Virus record (IMG/VR): IMGVR_UViG_3300005080_000005
Direction: 5' to 3' (one strand)
From: a virus
DNA: 64,000 nt
The translations under genes and the position numbers were made by a program. The notes beneath the pieces are model-generated. The model was not told the origin of the DNA, did no database searches, and saw nothing but the letters and a program-made list of their open reading frames with translations. Shown here piece after piece: positions 38,373 through 48,187 of the stretch; within the stretch, counting starts at the first letter, position 1, and the number at the start of each line of letters is the position of its first letter.

Positions 38373-38992
38373 TATTCTTCACCTCGGTATTCACGAATTT
38401 TATTTACACTGTAATCAATTTTGTTGAGTTCGTAGTCAAGACTATTACCCTTCTTTCCTGCACCATTCACTGTTCCCCATGCACGAACAAGAGACTTAAA
38501 AGCATTAGAGAAATCAAAATCATTATCGAAAATATCATAAATCAGCATTTCTGTCTTGACATAACCATTTTCTTTAATAAAATCAATTGTTTTCTGGCTA
38601 AGTTGTAGATCGTAGTAACTGGATGATTTGCCATCTGATTCAATCGGTTCTTTATTCTGTTTTTCAGCAGCACTTAATGTTTCCTTGGCCCACTTGTGGC
38701 GTGAATCTCTATCCAAACCTTGAGGCATTCTGTGGTGTTCCTCTTTTGTAAATTCTGATAGCCGTTCTACATCAGAAATTTTTACACTTCTACTGTACAA
38801 CTTACAATACCGCCCATGTACAGCATACACACTTTTTCCGCTGAAAACATCTTTACCATAAAGAAGTTGTACCTCATCTTGTACAACAATATTGTCAACC
38901 TCAAAAATAAATTCCTTATTTTCATTATGAATATTTCTAGCAACCACTATATCACCTGCTTTATATTCCATATTTCCTCCTTTATAAAACAA
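38372..38992 (-). CDS. hypothetical protein
   Basis: ORF 206 aa. Confidence 0.45.
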   Translation of the reverse strand: MFYKGGNMEYKAGDIVVARNIHNENKEFIFEVDNIVVQDEVQLLYGKDVFSGKSVYAVHGRYCKLYSRSVKISDVERLSEFTKEEHHRMPQGLDRDSRHKWAKETLSAAEKQNKEPIESDGKSSSYYDLQLSQKTIDFIKENGYVKTEMLIYDIFDNDFDFSNAFKSLVRAWGTVNGAGKKGNSLDYELNKIDYSVNKIREYRGEE

Positions 38993-39226
38993 AAGCCACC
39001 GATTATAATCAAGCGGCTTAAAATAATTATACTTAAGTTATTCTACAATTGCAAGTTGAATTGTCTTAAACTCTTTAACTGAACTCTTACCAATATTATC
39101 CTCTGGTTCATGCCACATAACTACTTGTGCAGGTATAGAACTAAAACCAAGAACACCAGAATATTCAGTTGCTGCTGTATCTACTCCAAAATTATACTAC
39201 TTTATAAATATAATCTACTAATAAAT

Positions 39227-39790
39227 CTAAGATAGTCTTATTAAAATAATACCTCGATCATGAAACTCTAAACATAACTCTAGTTTTCGTACTTTCCATG
39301 CATTATGAGCATCATCTTCATTTTTAAACCTACCAAGGTATTCTAGTCTTTTTGTAAATGGGTTTGAACAATAGCTTTCATATACTTTATCACGACTATG
39401 GTAATAACTTCCACGTTTATTTGCTTTGTTTTTAACTCTATCTTTAATAAAAACGTTTACTGATTCGGGGATAAACAGACATGTTGTTGGTGAGTATTCG
39501 ATACCACTAAGTAAGTCTTTATCCAATACCTTATTTTCCCAATCTTGTTTACTCATCCAATCTTTAAATTTTGAAAACACAGCCCAGTCTTCACATACTG
39601 TTACTTTTTCATAACTATTTCTTTTACTTAATGCTCTTTTATTATAACACCGCCGGATCATGTCGTACCATCTAGAGTAATAAGGGCACGTATGTACCCT
39701 AACCACTTTTCCTTCTGAATAACACATTGTCTGTACTTCATAGTTTGCATCGTTTATACCAAAACCACAAACAGTCTTTATTTTTGTCAT
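39227..39790 (-). CDS. homing endonuclease, NUMOD4/HNH-type, paralog 2
   Basis: FGINDANYEV...YSRWYDMIRRCY...VCEDWAVFSKFKDW...LDKDLL. Confidence 0.6.
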   Translation of the reverse strand: MTKIKTVCGFGINDANYEVQTMCYSEGKVVRVHTCPYYSRWYDMIRRCYNKRALSKRNSYEKVTVCEDWAVFSKFKDWMSKQDWENKVLDKDLLSGIEYSPTTCLFIPESVNVFIKDRVKNKANKRGSYYHSRDKVYESYCSNPFTKRLEYLGRFKNEDDAHNAWKVRKLELCLEFHDRGIILIRLS

Positions 39791-39793
39791 TTA

Positions 39794-40753
39794 TTACTCT
39801 CTTACGTTTGTCAGTATTGTACTTTTCTTCTCTTTTGTCAACAGATTTTTACGTCCACGATAATGTTTCCCACAATCCTCACAAATATATTGTTGGAATT
39901 TTGATACATCAGTTGTTGCAAAACCATGTTCTTTCAGTCTTGCAGATCCACAAATACATTTAATTTTTAACGAATCAGAGTACAAGTTCGGGTTTGGAAG
40001 TTTATCATACCAAGGAACAAGGGCAAAGTAAAGTTCTTCAAGACTTAAGATATCGAACTTATTATATGTTTCCATTTCCTCCCAAGCTTCAACATTCCCT
40101 TTCATGCACTCAGACCAAAGTTCAAACCCAGCAAACTTGTTATGTTTTTGTTTTTTATATTTTGTACATAGTTTATCTGTCATATACTCAAGTTTGTTAC
40201 TTGTAAATCCGAAACAACGTTTTGCGATTTCTAATGTATCAATGTGACGTACAGGAGAGAATGGCTTCATCTTATTTAGTACCATACGAGCTCGAATTTT
40301 GGGGATATCGAATTTGCGACCATTTTGATGCACAACCCAATCTGCTTGGTCAAGAAGCTCCCATAGCTTTTTAAGCATCTCTGAATCATCCTCTGGACTC
40401 TTATTGTTTCGGGAATCCATGTAAATAATATCATCTTCGGAAGATCCCAGCCATTTTGCAGCAAAGGACATTAAATACCAATCTGTGTTTATTTGGTTCA
40501 ATCCTACATTCTGTTTCCACAGTCGCCACACATACCCGAGGATAGGTGCTGTCTCTATGTCTAATACCAATACTTTTGGTCCGTCTTTAACATCATCATT
40601 AATAATATTATTCTGTTCAAGCCAAGCAGAATAATACTGGTTCACTGTTGACTTGCCAATATTCAGTTGTTTTGCAATTTGACGGGAACCGACACCTTGT
40701 TGCTTTAGTGATACAATTTTATCTATGATTTCGTTGTAATATTTAAAATTCAT
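39794..40753 (-). CDS. DnaQ-like DEDDh 3'-5' exonuclease with N-terminal HTH
   Basis: Exo I VLDIETAP, Exo II HNGRKFDIP, Exo III YMTDKL; N-terminal GVGSRQIAKQLNIGKSTV helix-turn-helix. Confidence 0.6.
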   Translation of the reverse strand: MNFKYYNEIIDKIVSLKQQGVGSRQIAKQLNIGKSTVNQYYSAWLEQNNIINDDVKDGPKVLVLDIETAPILGYVWRLWKQNVGLNQINTDWYLMSFAAKWLGSSEDDIIYMDSRNNKSPEDDSEMLKKLWELLDQADWVVHQNGRKFDIPKIRARMVLNKMKPFSPVRHIDTLEIAKRCFGFTSNKLEYMTDKLCTKYKKQKHNKFAGFELWSECMKGNVEAWEEMETYNKFDILSLEELYFALVPWYDKLPNPNLYSDSLKIKCICGSARLKEHGFATTDVSKFQQYICEDCGKHYRGRKNLLTKEKKSTILTNVRE

Positions 40754-40935
40754 TTATTCTCCTTAAACTTGAAATGTATGCCCAACTTTAATTGCTTTAG
40801 CAGTTTCTTCGGTTGAACACATAATATTGGTTTCAGATACCTGTCCGTAACAATTATACTCAACATCTACCCAATACTTATTAAATAGTAGATATGGTTC
40901 GCTTAGAACTTTTGTAACAACTGCATCAACTAGGT

Positions 40936-41445
40936 TCACTTGTTCTCCTTTCTTATGTCTCTATAGAATACATGATTTCCAACAATTTGTACTTTTTCTA
41001 ATTTATTATAATTCCAACTAGGCTTAACTTTTGTTGTGTGGTAATATTTAGAATTATCAGTAAAATCAACTCCTAGTCTGTCTGACCAGATAGAAATAAA
41101 TGAAGCAAGCTCAACTTGTCGGAAAGTTTGCTTCTCTAATTCAGTCTTAGGTCTAACATTTTGTTTGTTCATGGGTATTTTATGGGCGAAACTGAACTGA
41201 TACTTTTGATAAACCACCTTGCATATTGATTGTGGAAATCTTTCACTTCTTGTTCTGTTCAATATTGTCTTCGCAGTCCAAAGTTTCCCTTTAAACTCCT
41301 CTCCTCTGCTTTCGTGCCAAACCGCTCTTAAAAGGCACCTATATTCGTTGTTACTAGCAACTATATTCTCCCTCCATTGAAGTGGAGGGCCATGCAAGAT
41401 GGCCCCAACAATTAGATGATAAGTTAAAATACTTTCAAGAATCAA
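40936..41445 (-). CDS. SleB-like cell wall hydrolase (Hydrolase_2 family)
   Basis: LLRAVWHESRGEEFKGKLWTAKTILNRTRSERFPQSICKVVYQKYQFS matches SleB family core. Confidence 0.55.
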   Translation of the reverse strand: MILESILTYHLIVGAILHGPPLQWRENIVASNNEYRCLLRAVWHESRGEEFKGKLWTAKTILNRTRSERFPQSICKVVYQKYQFSFAHKIPMNKQNVRPKTELEKQTFRQVELASFISIWSDRLGVDFTDNSKYYHTTKVKPSWNYNKLEKVQIVGNHVFYRDIRKENK

Positions 41446-41617
41446 TAGTTACTTCCTCATAGTATTTAATCGCAGCATACAAATTAGTGAAGTCTCGGAT
41501 AAACCGTTCATCTTTAAACAACTCTAGTTTATTGTGTAAGGTACTAGATACCAGACAATATCTGTCATCTAAATGCAGTTTAACCTTCCCTGCAAGTTTC
41601 GTTAACTGCAACATGAG

Positions 41618-41968
41618 TTACTCTCCTTGCTCTACAACAGTATCTGTATCACCAGTAATCTGGATAACTACTTCATTTGGTGTACCTGATGTAGCACCAT
41701 TACTTACAGGAATATCACTATTGCTACCTTTATTCAAAGTTGGGTCAAAAGTAAAACGAACACCATTTACACCAAGAATATTCATTAACTCTGTTAGTGT
41801 CACATCTGGACGAACAATAACTTTTGGATTACCGCCTGCATCTACAATTGCTTTATTCAGGCTGTCAAGAAACTCTTTATTAGCTTTGAATACAGCAATA
41901 GCTTCAATACTATCGGTGAATGGGTTAAGAGTCAGGGTTGGGTTAGAGCTGTATTGAGATTCGTACAT
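41618..41968 (-). CDS. hypothetical protein
   Basis: ORF. Confidence 0.45.
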   Translation of the reverse strand: MYESQYSSNPTLTLNPFTDSIEAIAVFKANKEFLDSLNKAIVDAGGNPKVIVRPDVTLTELMNILGVNGVRFTFDPTLNKGSNSDIPVSNGATSGTPNEVVIQITGDTDTVVEQGE

Positions 41969-41982
41969 ATTATTTGTTCTCC

Positions 41983-42306
41983 TTATTTATTTTCAAGTAG
42001 TTTGTCAACACTTTTAATTAGACTTTCGATTTCATTAATGCGTTTGTTATAAATATCTAATTGTGTATGCAAAATTGGAATAAAACTTTCAGTAATGTCA
42101 CTGTCAGGTTGACACAGAACTGCTTCATGTACTGGGCCAGTACTTTGTTTTACACCAATAATAACACTAGGTTGTTGGTCTTTGTATGGACTATCGTAAT
42201 CTCCGGTTAATATCTTAATTGCCCAGATCAAAGAAGACCTGTGATTTACAAGGTAGGCTAACTCCTTTGTAAGTAGTTCGTAATTTGTGGATTTACTACT
42301 ATTCAT
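41983..42306 (-). CDS. hypothetical protein
   Basis: ORF. Confidence 0.45.
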   Translation of the reverse strand: MNSSKSTNYELLTKELAYLVNHRSSLIWAIKILTGDYDSPYKDQQPSVIIGVKQSTGPVHEAVLCQPDSDITESFIPILHTQLDIYNKRINEIESLIKSVDKLLENK

Positions 42307-42920
42307 TGATTCTCCTTCTCTTTGACAAACTGATTAATATACATTTCTACTATTTGTTGACGATTATACTCTTCTACTGGTAAAAGTTCAAGTTTATTTT
42401 TAAGTTTATTGAGGATGGTTTCTGTCTTCCACCGACTTATTCGCTTTAGTTCAGCATCAACAATACGGAAGTCTAACATATAATTTCCAGTTTGTCTATC
42501 TTCTTCTGATGATTTTAAGTAATTTAATAGTCCTTCAAGAACTTCTATCAGAGATAATCCAGTTTTACCTAAAATCTTATTATAGTATTTCTCAATACGT
42601 CCCGCAAAAATATTGATATCGCTTCTAAGAACGCCCCTAATCACCCCTGTAGAGTGACAATGGTCTAAGGTGTACCCTTGTAGCCCCTCACTACTGAAAT
42701 GCAATCCAGAGGCCATACAGGAGCTTTCAGAGGCATTTTCAATAAGCATCTCACGATGCTTCTTTATCTGAGTTGAACCTTTAATCCATTTGTCTTTATC
42801 GTACACAAAGTTATAGATTACTCTTCGCCTACTCGTTGTTCTTTTTGTTACTGATTTCTTTCTTGGTTTTCTCAATTCTTCTCCATGTACTCTTTTAAAT
42901 ATGAAACATCTAATTTCCAA
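42303..42920 (-). CDS. recombination endonuclease VII (T4 gp49-like)
   Basis: GYTLDHCHSTGVIRGVLRSDIN and LEGLLNYLKSSE resemble T4 EndoVII HLDHDH..GKVRGLLC..N and LENLLTYLKSDY. Confidence 0.65.
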   Translation of the reverse strand: MEIRCFIFKRVHGEELRKPRKKSVTKRTTSRRRVIYNFVYDKDKWIKGSTQIKKHREMLIENASESSCMASGLHFSSEGLQGYTLDHCHSTGVIRGVLRSDINIFAGRIEKYYNKILGKTGLSLIEVLEGLLNYLKSSEEDRQTGNYMLDFRIVDAELKRISRWKTETILNKLKNKLELLPVEEYNRQQIVEMYINQFVKEKENQ

Positions 42921-43309
42921 TCAACTTTGTTTCTCTCATTCCACAAAGAAAAACAAGAGTTAACATATTTAATTGCCTCTTGTTTTGATACGTTGTTTAC
43001 TTTCATGAAGTGATTTAATGCAGGGTAGAATCTACCACGAATTTGTGCCAACCCTATATGTTTTACTTCATGGCAATCGGGGCACAGTGCAATCAACCCT
43101 TTAAGTTTTACTTTACGTGCTTTAGTGTACTCCCAAATCTCGTGGCACTCTACAGGCCAATTATCTCCTTGACTCCCGCAAATCTCGCAGCGGTGGTTTG
43201 CTTCTTTGTAACACTTCTTCCGCACAATATCCCATTCTTCTTTTGTCAAGAAACTGCGGAGATTATTAAACCACGCAGTTTTTGGGACAAGTTCGATTTC
43301 CAATTTCAT
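42872..43309 (-). CDS. HNH-family nuclease
   Basis: HRCEICGS...ECHEIWEY...LCPDCHEVKH. Confidence 0.55.
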   Translation of the reverse strand: MKLEIELVPKTAWFNNLRSFLTKEEWDIVRKKCYKEANHRCEICGSQGDNWPVECHEIWEYTKARKVKLKGLIALCPDCHEVKHIGLAQIRGRFYPALNHFMKVNNVSKQEAIKYVNSCFSLWNERNKVDWKLDVSYLKEYMEKN

Positions 43310-43503
43310 TATTTCTCCTTTAACAAAACTTCCATTCGGAATAGAATAACAAATTCATGGCTTGCTGTTGTCTGTACAATCTTAGTGTTAATGATATCAT
43401 AGTTTCCTTCGTCTGCATACCGTATTGCGTTCGAAGTTGCATGATTTAATAATATAAGATCAATACAATTGTTTGAACCACTGACATCATATTGAAGTTT
43501 CAT
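43309..43503 (-). CDS. hypothetical protein
   Basis: ORF. Confidence 0.35.
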   Translation of the reverse strand: MKLQYDVSGSNNCIDLILLNHATSNAIRYADEGNYDIINTKIVQTTASHEFVILFRMEVLLKEK

Positions 43504-44057
43504 TGTTTTTCCTTGATAAACTTAAGACCAATAAAATAAGCATCTGCATAATCTGCTTTCCCTGACGCTAATGTCAAACCTTCAAGAAAACCTTCTTCTG
43601 TTAATTCACAAGCTCGTACCATATCTTTCTTCTCCATCTTTCTTTTCTTGTTGTTAACAAACCGTTCTTCTTCAGGAAGGTATTCACGAGCAAAAGCTTT
43701 GACGCTTGTTGGAGTATAACTTGAAATTTGGTCTTTTGTCAAGTATGTTTTTTCAACTAATGTTTCATTTATTGCACGGAACAGTATCAGCAGTGTTGCT
43801 TTAGCATCACCAAATGCCCCCATTGCAGGGGACTCTAAGACAAAATAATCAGGCTGAAAATCTTCAATATATTCGCACAACTTATCACAAACAAAATCAA
43901 TCTGTTGTGTAATAATAGGAAAATAGTTGACATTTTTAGACTTTGTTTTTGAATGTGTTGAACCTGTTCTGATAAGTTTTTTATCAACAGGTTTATCATC
44001 TTGCCAGAATATAACGGCGCAATGAGATGTGGATTGATCACAGGATATTAGTCGCAA
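43500..44057 (-). CDS. RuvC-like Holliday junction resolvase
   Basis: N-terminal LISCDQSTSHCAVIF and QPDYFVLESPAMGAFGDAKATLLILFRA parallel RuvC ILGIDPGSR.TGYGV and [27 protein letters not shown]. Confidence 0.55.
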   Translation of the reverse strand: MRLISCDQSTSHCAVIFWQDDKPVDKKLIRTGSTHSKTKSKNVNYFPIITQQIDFVCDKLCEYIEDFQPDYFVLESPAMGAFGDAKATLLILFRAINETLVEKTYLTKDQISSYTPTSVKAFAREYLPEEERFVNNKKRKMEKKDMVRACELTEEGFLEGLTLASGKADYADAYFIGLKFIKEKQ

Positions 44058-44066
44058 TTATTCTCC

Positions 44067-44330
44067 TTATTTAAATAATTTACTAAACCAAGATTTAACC
44101 TTAGTAACTTTAACAATTTTATAACCTTTCTTTTGACAATCCCAGCATGGTTGAAAGATTCCATTACTCATGTTATAAACGGCAGAAGTAACTTTACAAA
44201 CAGGGCATGGATAGTCGTGTGTTGCAAACATCATGCTGTCATGAATATAAACAGTAATATCAGCCAATTCAACTTCTGATGGGTATTCTGGGAGACCTTT
44301 TCCATTTGTATCTTGAATTTTAAATGTCAT
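44067..44330 (-). CDS. zinc-ribbon protein
   Basis: CPVCKV...CWDCQKKG. Confidence 0.45.
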   Translation of the reverse strand: MTFKIQDTNGKGLPEYPSEVELADITVYIHDSMMFATHDYPCPVCKVTSAVYNMSNGIFQPCWDCQKKGYKIVKVTKVKSWFSKLFK

Positions 44331-44332
44331 TA

Positions 44333-44503
44333 TTAAACCTTACTAAAACTAATGCCGTATTTCCAAACCCTGAATTCCTTTGGTTGAAATACAGGCAAAT
44401 CATAACTATTAAGAATTGGATTGCGTTTTCGGTCTACGATTTGAAGTCTATATCCGAACAGATGTAGGACAGTAAATCCACCTTCGCTAAAGAAATGTGC
44501 CAT
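44333..44503 (-). CDS. hypothetical small protein
   Basis: ATG after AGGAGAATAAATA SD; fills gap between annotated ORFs. Confidence 0.4.
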   Translation of the reverse strand: MAHFFSEGGFTVLHLFGYRLQIVDRKRNPILNSYDLPVFQPKEFRVWKYGISFSKV

Positions 44504-44506
44504 TAT

Positions 44507-44749
44507 TTATTCTCCAATCTTGAGTTCAATACCTTTAAAAGCAATATCATGACCTACAAATTGTGGACTTGTAGTTTCACCGTTGATTTCACCAATCAGA
44601 CTAAAATCACCGCCTCCTTGACTTGCATATAGCAAATCATCTAATGCAGAGGCTAATTGGTGTGCTTGGTCAACATCATGTAATTTAATAGTTACAGAGC
44701 AAGGTTGGTTCCATTTGTGTGACCCGTTAATATTTACAATATCTACCAT
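44507..44749 (-). CDS. hypothetical protein
   Basis: ORF. Confidence 0.45.
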   Translation of the reverse strand: MVDIVNINGSHKWNQPCSVTIKLHDVDQAHQLASALDDLLYASQGGGDFSLIGEINGETTSPQFVGHDIAFKGIELKIGE

Positions 44750-45921
44750 TATTTATTCTCCTTCTTCGTTAACGTTCTGCTGTAATCAACACCAAACTTA
44801 TCAAATAACATTTTAATTGTCAATGGATCATTTAATGTTCGTTTCATATAAACACACTGCCACTGCAACTCTAACCATTCAAGTGTACTCAGGTTTTGTT
44901 CATTTCCTTTCCAGTCCACATACTGTGTTCCTTCAGGAAACCACATAACATAAGTATCTACTACACATTGTAGCAATTCTTTTGGATCTTCGCAAGACAT
45001 TAACAATTTAAAAAACTTAGTCTCACCCATCTGTTGCTCTTTCGGTAATCTTGGAAGGTGTTTATGTGGTGCATAGGTGTCACTTGTATCCCCTGCCAAG
45101 AGTTGATAACAGTAGTTAATAAAACCAAGATACTTACCTTTCCCCTTATTAAATTCACCAACCCCAACAGATTTAGAACTGTCTGGAATTAACCAAGGAA
45201 ATTCTTGCTTAAATTGTCCATCTTCTCTTGACCAATCAAACAACAATGATGGTGTAGCTCGTGCATCCTTGTCGTTACTTCCAACAATATAACTAAACTT
45301 ACCAGATTTCAAATAATCAAGATAACCTTTGAACCCATAAATTTCAAGTTTATCGTCAGACTCCAGCCCTTCTGTAATCTCAACATTGTAGTTATCAATC
45401 AAGTATTGCCTTACTTGTTTTAATCTGGTAGGTGTCAAATCACGATTTCTGTCCGATTTGTATTGAATTGGGAGAGGTAAGTCTAACCTAAAATTTTCCT
45501 TGCCCCCAAGCAACAATATTGTCCGTTCTACCGGAACCTTGAGTTTTTCACAGATCATGGAAATATGATTATCGATAGCATTGGTTGCAATGTCAATCTT
45601 CATTTTTTCACGAATCTTTGGTGTTACTTCAAAATCTTCCAATAAAAACGGTTGTTGCCCTTTTGCAATACGAGAGACATTCAAAGAGCCTAACCAAGAG
45701 TCGTCTGATACAGCTTTAGTTCTGCCTTTAAATTCTGTGATGTTTTTGAACTCTTTAACATTACCAGAAGATTTATGAAGCACTTCGATATACATCTCAT
45801 CAATAATACTTGCTGGCATATAACATATACCATCTGCGTCTATCACTAATTTTGTATCTTGTGTGATATAATCTTCGATATTTTTAATTTGGAATTCTGG
45901 AAACAATATTCCTCCTAACAA
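44749..45921 (-). CDS. 5'-3' exonuclease / flap endonuclease (T4 RNase H-like, PIN fold)
   Basis: LVIDADGICY near N-terminus and EGLESDDKLEIYG acidic cluster, as in FEN/RNase H family metal sites. Confidence 0.45.
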   Translation of the reverse strand: MLGGILFPEFQIKNIEDYITQDTKLVIDADGICYMPASIIDEMYIEVLHKSSGNVKEFKNITEFKGRTKAVSDDSWLGSLNVSRIAKGQQPFLLEDFEVTPKIREKMKIDIATNAIDNHISMICEKLKVPVERTILLLGGKENFRLDLPLPIQYKSDRNRDLTPTRLKQVRQYLIDNYNVEITEGLESDDKLEIYGFKGYLDYLKSGKFSYIVGSNDKDARATPSLLFDWSREDGQFKQEFPWLIPDSSKSVGVGEFNKGKGKYLGFINYCYQLLAGDTSDTYAPHKHLPRLPKEQQMGETKFFKLLMSCEDPKELLQCVVDTYVMWFPEGTQYVDWKGNEQNLSTLEWLELQWQCVYMKRTLNDPLTIKMLFDKFGVDYSRTLTKKENK

Positions 45922-45961
45922 ATAGGGTCACACTACGTGACCACCTTATATTATTTAAAAT

Positions 45962-46258
45962 TTATTCACTACGGCCCATAAGAATATCCAGCTCATTAAT
46001 TTTCTCAACTTTTTCCTCAAGAGACTTGCGTTCCTTCTCTGCCTTGTATCGCTTATCGAATTCCAGTTTTGCATAGAATTTTAACATAGTTGGTTTGTAT
46101 TGGTGAATTTCTTTTTCTGAATCAACAATATCTTTGAGTGCTTCTTTTAGATCTTGCAGTTGTAGCATTACTTCAACCATTTCTTCAATGGTTTTGCTCA
46201 GACGCTTACGCTCTTGTTGATCTTGCGGGAGTTCATTCTTCAGTTCAACTTTAGCCAT
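45962..46258 (-). CDS. coiled-coil protein
   Basis: ORF, heptad-rich. Confidence 0.45.
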   Translation of the reverse strand: MAKVELKNELPQDQQERKRLSKTIEEMVEVMLQLQDLKEALKDIVDSEKEIHQYKPTMLKFYAKLEFDKRYKAEKERKSLEEKVEKINELDILMGRSE

Positions 46259-46285
46259 ATTTTATTTCTCCTTTATATTTTAATA

Positions 46286-46666
46286 TTAATAAAATTCTTT
46301 ATAGTATTTTACGTATGGGATTGTTTCATGACTCGGATTAAACAGTTTATCTCCAAATTCATCATACAAATTCTTAATTTCACGCCAAATAACTTCTTGG
46401 AAACCGGATTCGACTAGGACAGACTCATTCTCATCTTCTGGTTTATTAGAGTCGTCATAAAAACTAAGAAGCTTACTAAAGCCAGAAGTTCGATAACACC
46501 AATCCATATAGTTATCTTGTACTGCTGGATCCTTTCCTTTAATCAACATTGCAATTCCATGGCCTACGTGTTTCATACTACATTCGTCTTGATCCCCAAT
46601 ATCGTATAGAACATTGGTCAACACTTTAATTCGTTCTTGTGCTTTCTTTAACTTCTTCTTACTCAA
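46286..46666 (-). CDS. hypothetical protein
   Basis: ORF. Confidence 0.45.
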   Translation of the reverse strand: MSKKKLKKAQERIKVLTNVLYDIGDQDECSMKHVGHGIAMLIKGKDPAVQDNYMDWCYRTSGFSKLLSFYDDSNKPEDENESVLVESGFQEVIWREIKNLYDEFGDKLFNPSHETIPYVKYYKEFY

Positions 46667-46669
46667 AAC

Positions 46670-46990
46670 TTATTTCTCCTCTTTTAGAATATTTTTAACT
46701 TCTTCTTTAACTGTGATAGTTTCATTAATATTACGTTCTTTTGGTTTACTTAGACTATCTTTCAATTCAACTTCTTTTTGTTCAAAAGTCACACCTTGCA
46801 TTCTTGGTGCTTTCCCTTTTGGGAGGTAAGATGGCTGAATCAACATATAAATCATCATAGCCACAACCATAATAACACCAGTATTAATTACTGTCAATTT
46901 GTTTTTAGTTTTATTATATCGCCACATCCCTGCGGCGAGTACAGACAACAACAAAACTGGAAGCAAAATATTAAGAATAATAACCATCAA
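46670..46990 (-). CDS. 2-TM membrane protein, putative partner of SPFH lipoprotein (NfeD/YqiJ-like position)
   Basis: Two hydrophobic segments then charged tail; 9 nt downstream of SPFH gene. Confidence 0.5.
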   Translation of the reverse strand: MMVIILNILLPVLLLSVLAAGMWRYNKTKNKLTVINTGVIMVVAMMIYMLIQPSYLPKGKAPRMQGVTFEQKEVELKDSLSKPKERNINETITVKEEVKNILKEEK

Positions 46991-46998
46991 TGTTTTCC

Positions 46999-47868
46999 TT
47001 ATTTATTATTCAAAGTAACCATTGGGATTGCGTTACCCATTGAAGTTGTAGGAAGCTGACCATTCCATTTTTGGATCCATTCACGTTCATTCTCAAGGCG
47101 ACGAAGTTCAAGCACTTTATCATCAACAACTTCTTTTTGAACTTTCTGTGCAGCAGCTTCACCTTGAGCTTTTTCAAAATCAATTTGACGTTGCAGACGA
47201 GCTTCTTGCAGTTCACGTTCAAGTTTCACTTTAGAAATTTGAAGCTGTGCTTCTTCTTGTTGAATCTGTTCACGGCGTTGTGCTGCATTCTCCTGTGCAT
47301 CAGTAATAATCTTAGGATACTGAACTCGTGTCACACCGACATATCGTACATCAAATGGAGTACGTGATGCAATAGCTTTACTCAAAATATTACGAAGGTC
47401 ATTGTTTACCTTTTCCATACTACTTGCGATCTGTCCAATGGAATAATTAGAAAGATATTCACGTACCTCAGCTTGGACGATTTGTTGCGCATATGTTGCA
47501 TAAACTTTTTCCCAAGGAATCAGTGTCTTATCTCCAGTCTCTACAGGAGAGATAGTTCCAAATAGTGCTGCTGTTTTAGTTGGATTCAGACTAAGCGTAG
47601 TTCGTACATCTACTGCCAGTTCAAGTTTATCAGTTGGAATAAAGATTGACAGACTTTCAACTGTGGAACGATCTGATGTATCGAGTAGAACAAGTTTATC
47701 ACAATAAGACCAGCATGGTGCAAGACGGAACTTAGAGGTTCCAATCTCTTCTGGTTGATAACCATCTTTTGTCATGATCTTACCTACATGGGCAGGCGGG
47801 ACTTCAACCATTTGACCACAACCGGAAAGCATTGCAACCAGAGCAGCAATACCAATAATTTTCTTCAT
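46999..47868 (-). CDS. SPFH/band-7 (stomatin/prohibitin-like) domain lipoprotein
   Basis: Signal peptide + lipobox LSGC; SPFH-like core; C-terminal Ala/Gln/Glu coiled coil (AQRREQIQQEEAQLQ...AQGEAAAQ). Confidence 0.6.
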   Translation of the reverse strand: MKKIIGIAALVAMLSGCGQMVEVPPAHVGKIMTKDGYQPEEIGTSKFRLAPCWSYCDKLVLLDTSDRSTVESLSIFIPTDKLELAVDVRTTLSLNPTKTAALFGTISPVETGDKTLIPWEKVYATYAQQIVQAEVREYLSNYSIGQIASSMEKVNNDLRNILSKAIASRTPFDVRYVGVTRVQYPKIITDAQENAAQRREQIQQEEAQLQISKVKLERELQEARLQRQIDFEKAQGEAAAQKVQKEVVDDKVLELRRLENEREWIQKWNGQLPTTSMGNAIPMVTLNNK

Positions 47869-47914
47869 ATTTTCTCCTTTTGTTTATTTGATAAATTATA
47901 CTAATTGTTTTAAC

Positions 47915-48184
47915 TTACTGGGTCTTTAGATCTTTAATAACTTCAAGTGAACCATGATCTTTAAATGTCTCATCTTTTACAAATTTAAAACACTCGTATA
48001 CATCTACAATTGAAGCATTATCGTCTGTAAAATTCAACATATCTTTTACTGTCTTTTCCATCAGAGGGTAATGTTTAATTCCTTTAAAAGAAACATAACC
48101 CAACATTTCATGAAGAAGATTAATTTCAGCTTGTGACATCTTGACAACATAATCACCATCTTTGTTGATTTTCTTAAGTTTCAT
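47915..48184 (-). CDS. hypothetical protein
   Basis: ORF. Confidence 0.45.
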   Translation of the reverse strand: MKLKKINKDGDYVVKMSQAEINLLHEMLGYVSFKGIKHYPLMEKTVKDMLNFTDDNASIVDVYECFKFVKDETFKDHGSLEVIKDLKTQ

Positions 48185-48187
48185 TAT

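Noticed and set aside
41487-41957. 156-aa ORF on plus strand
   Set aside because: Antisense to two well-supported minus-strand genes (41618-41968 and upstream). Ser/Leu-rich low-complexity translation typical of a shadow ORF.
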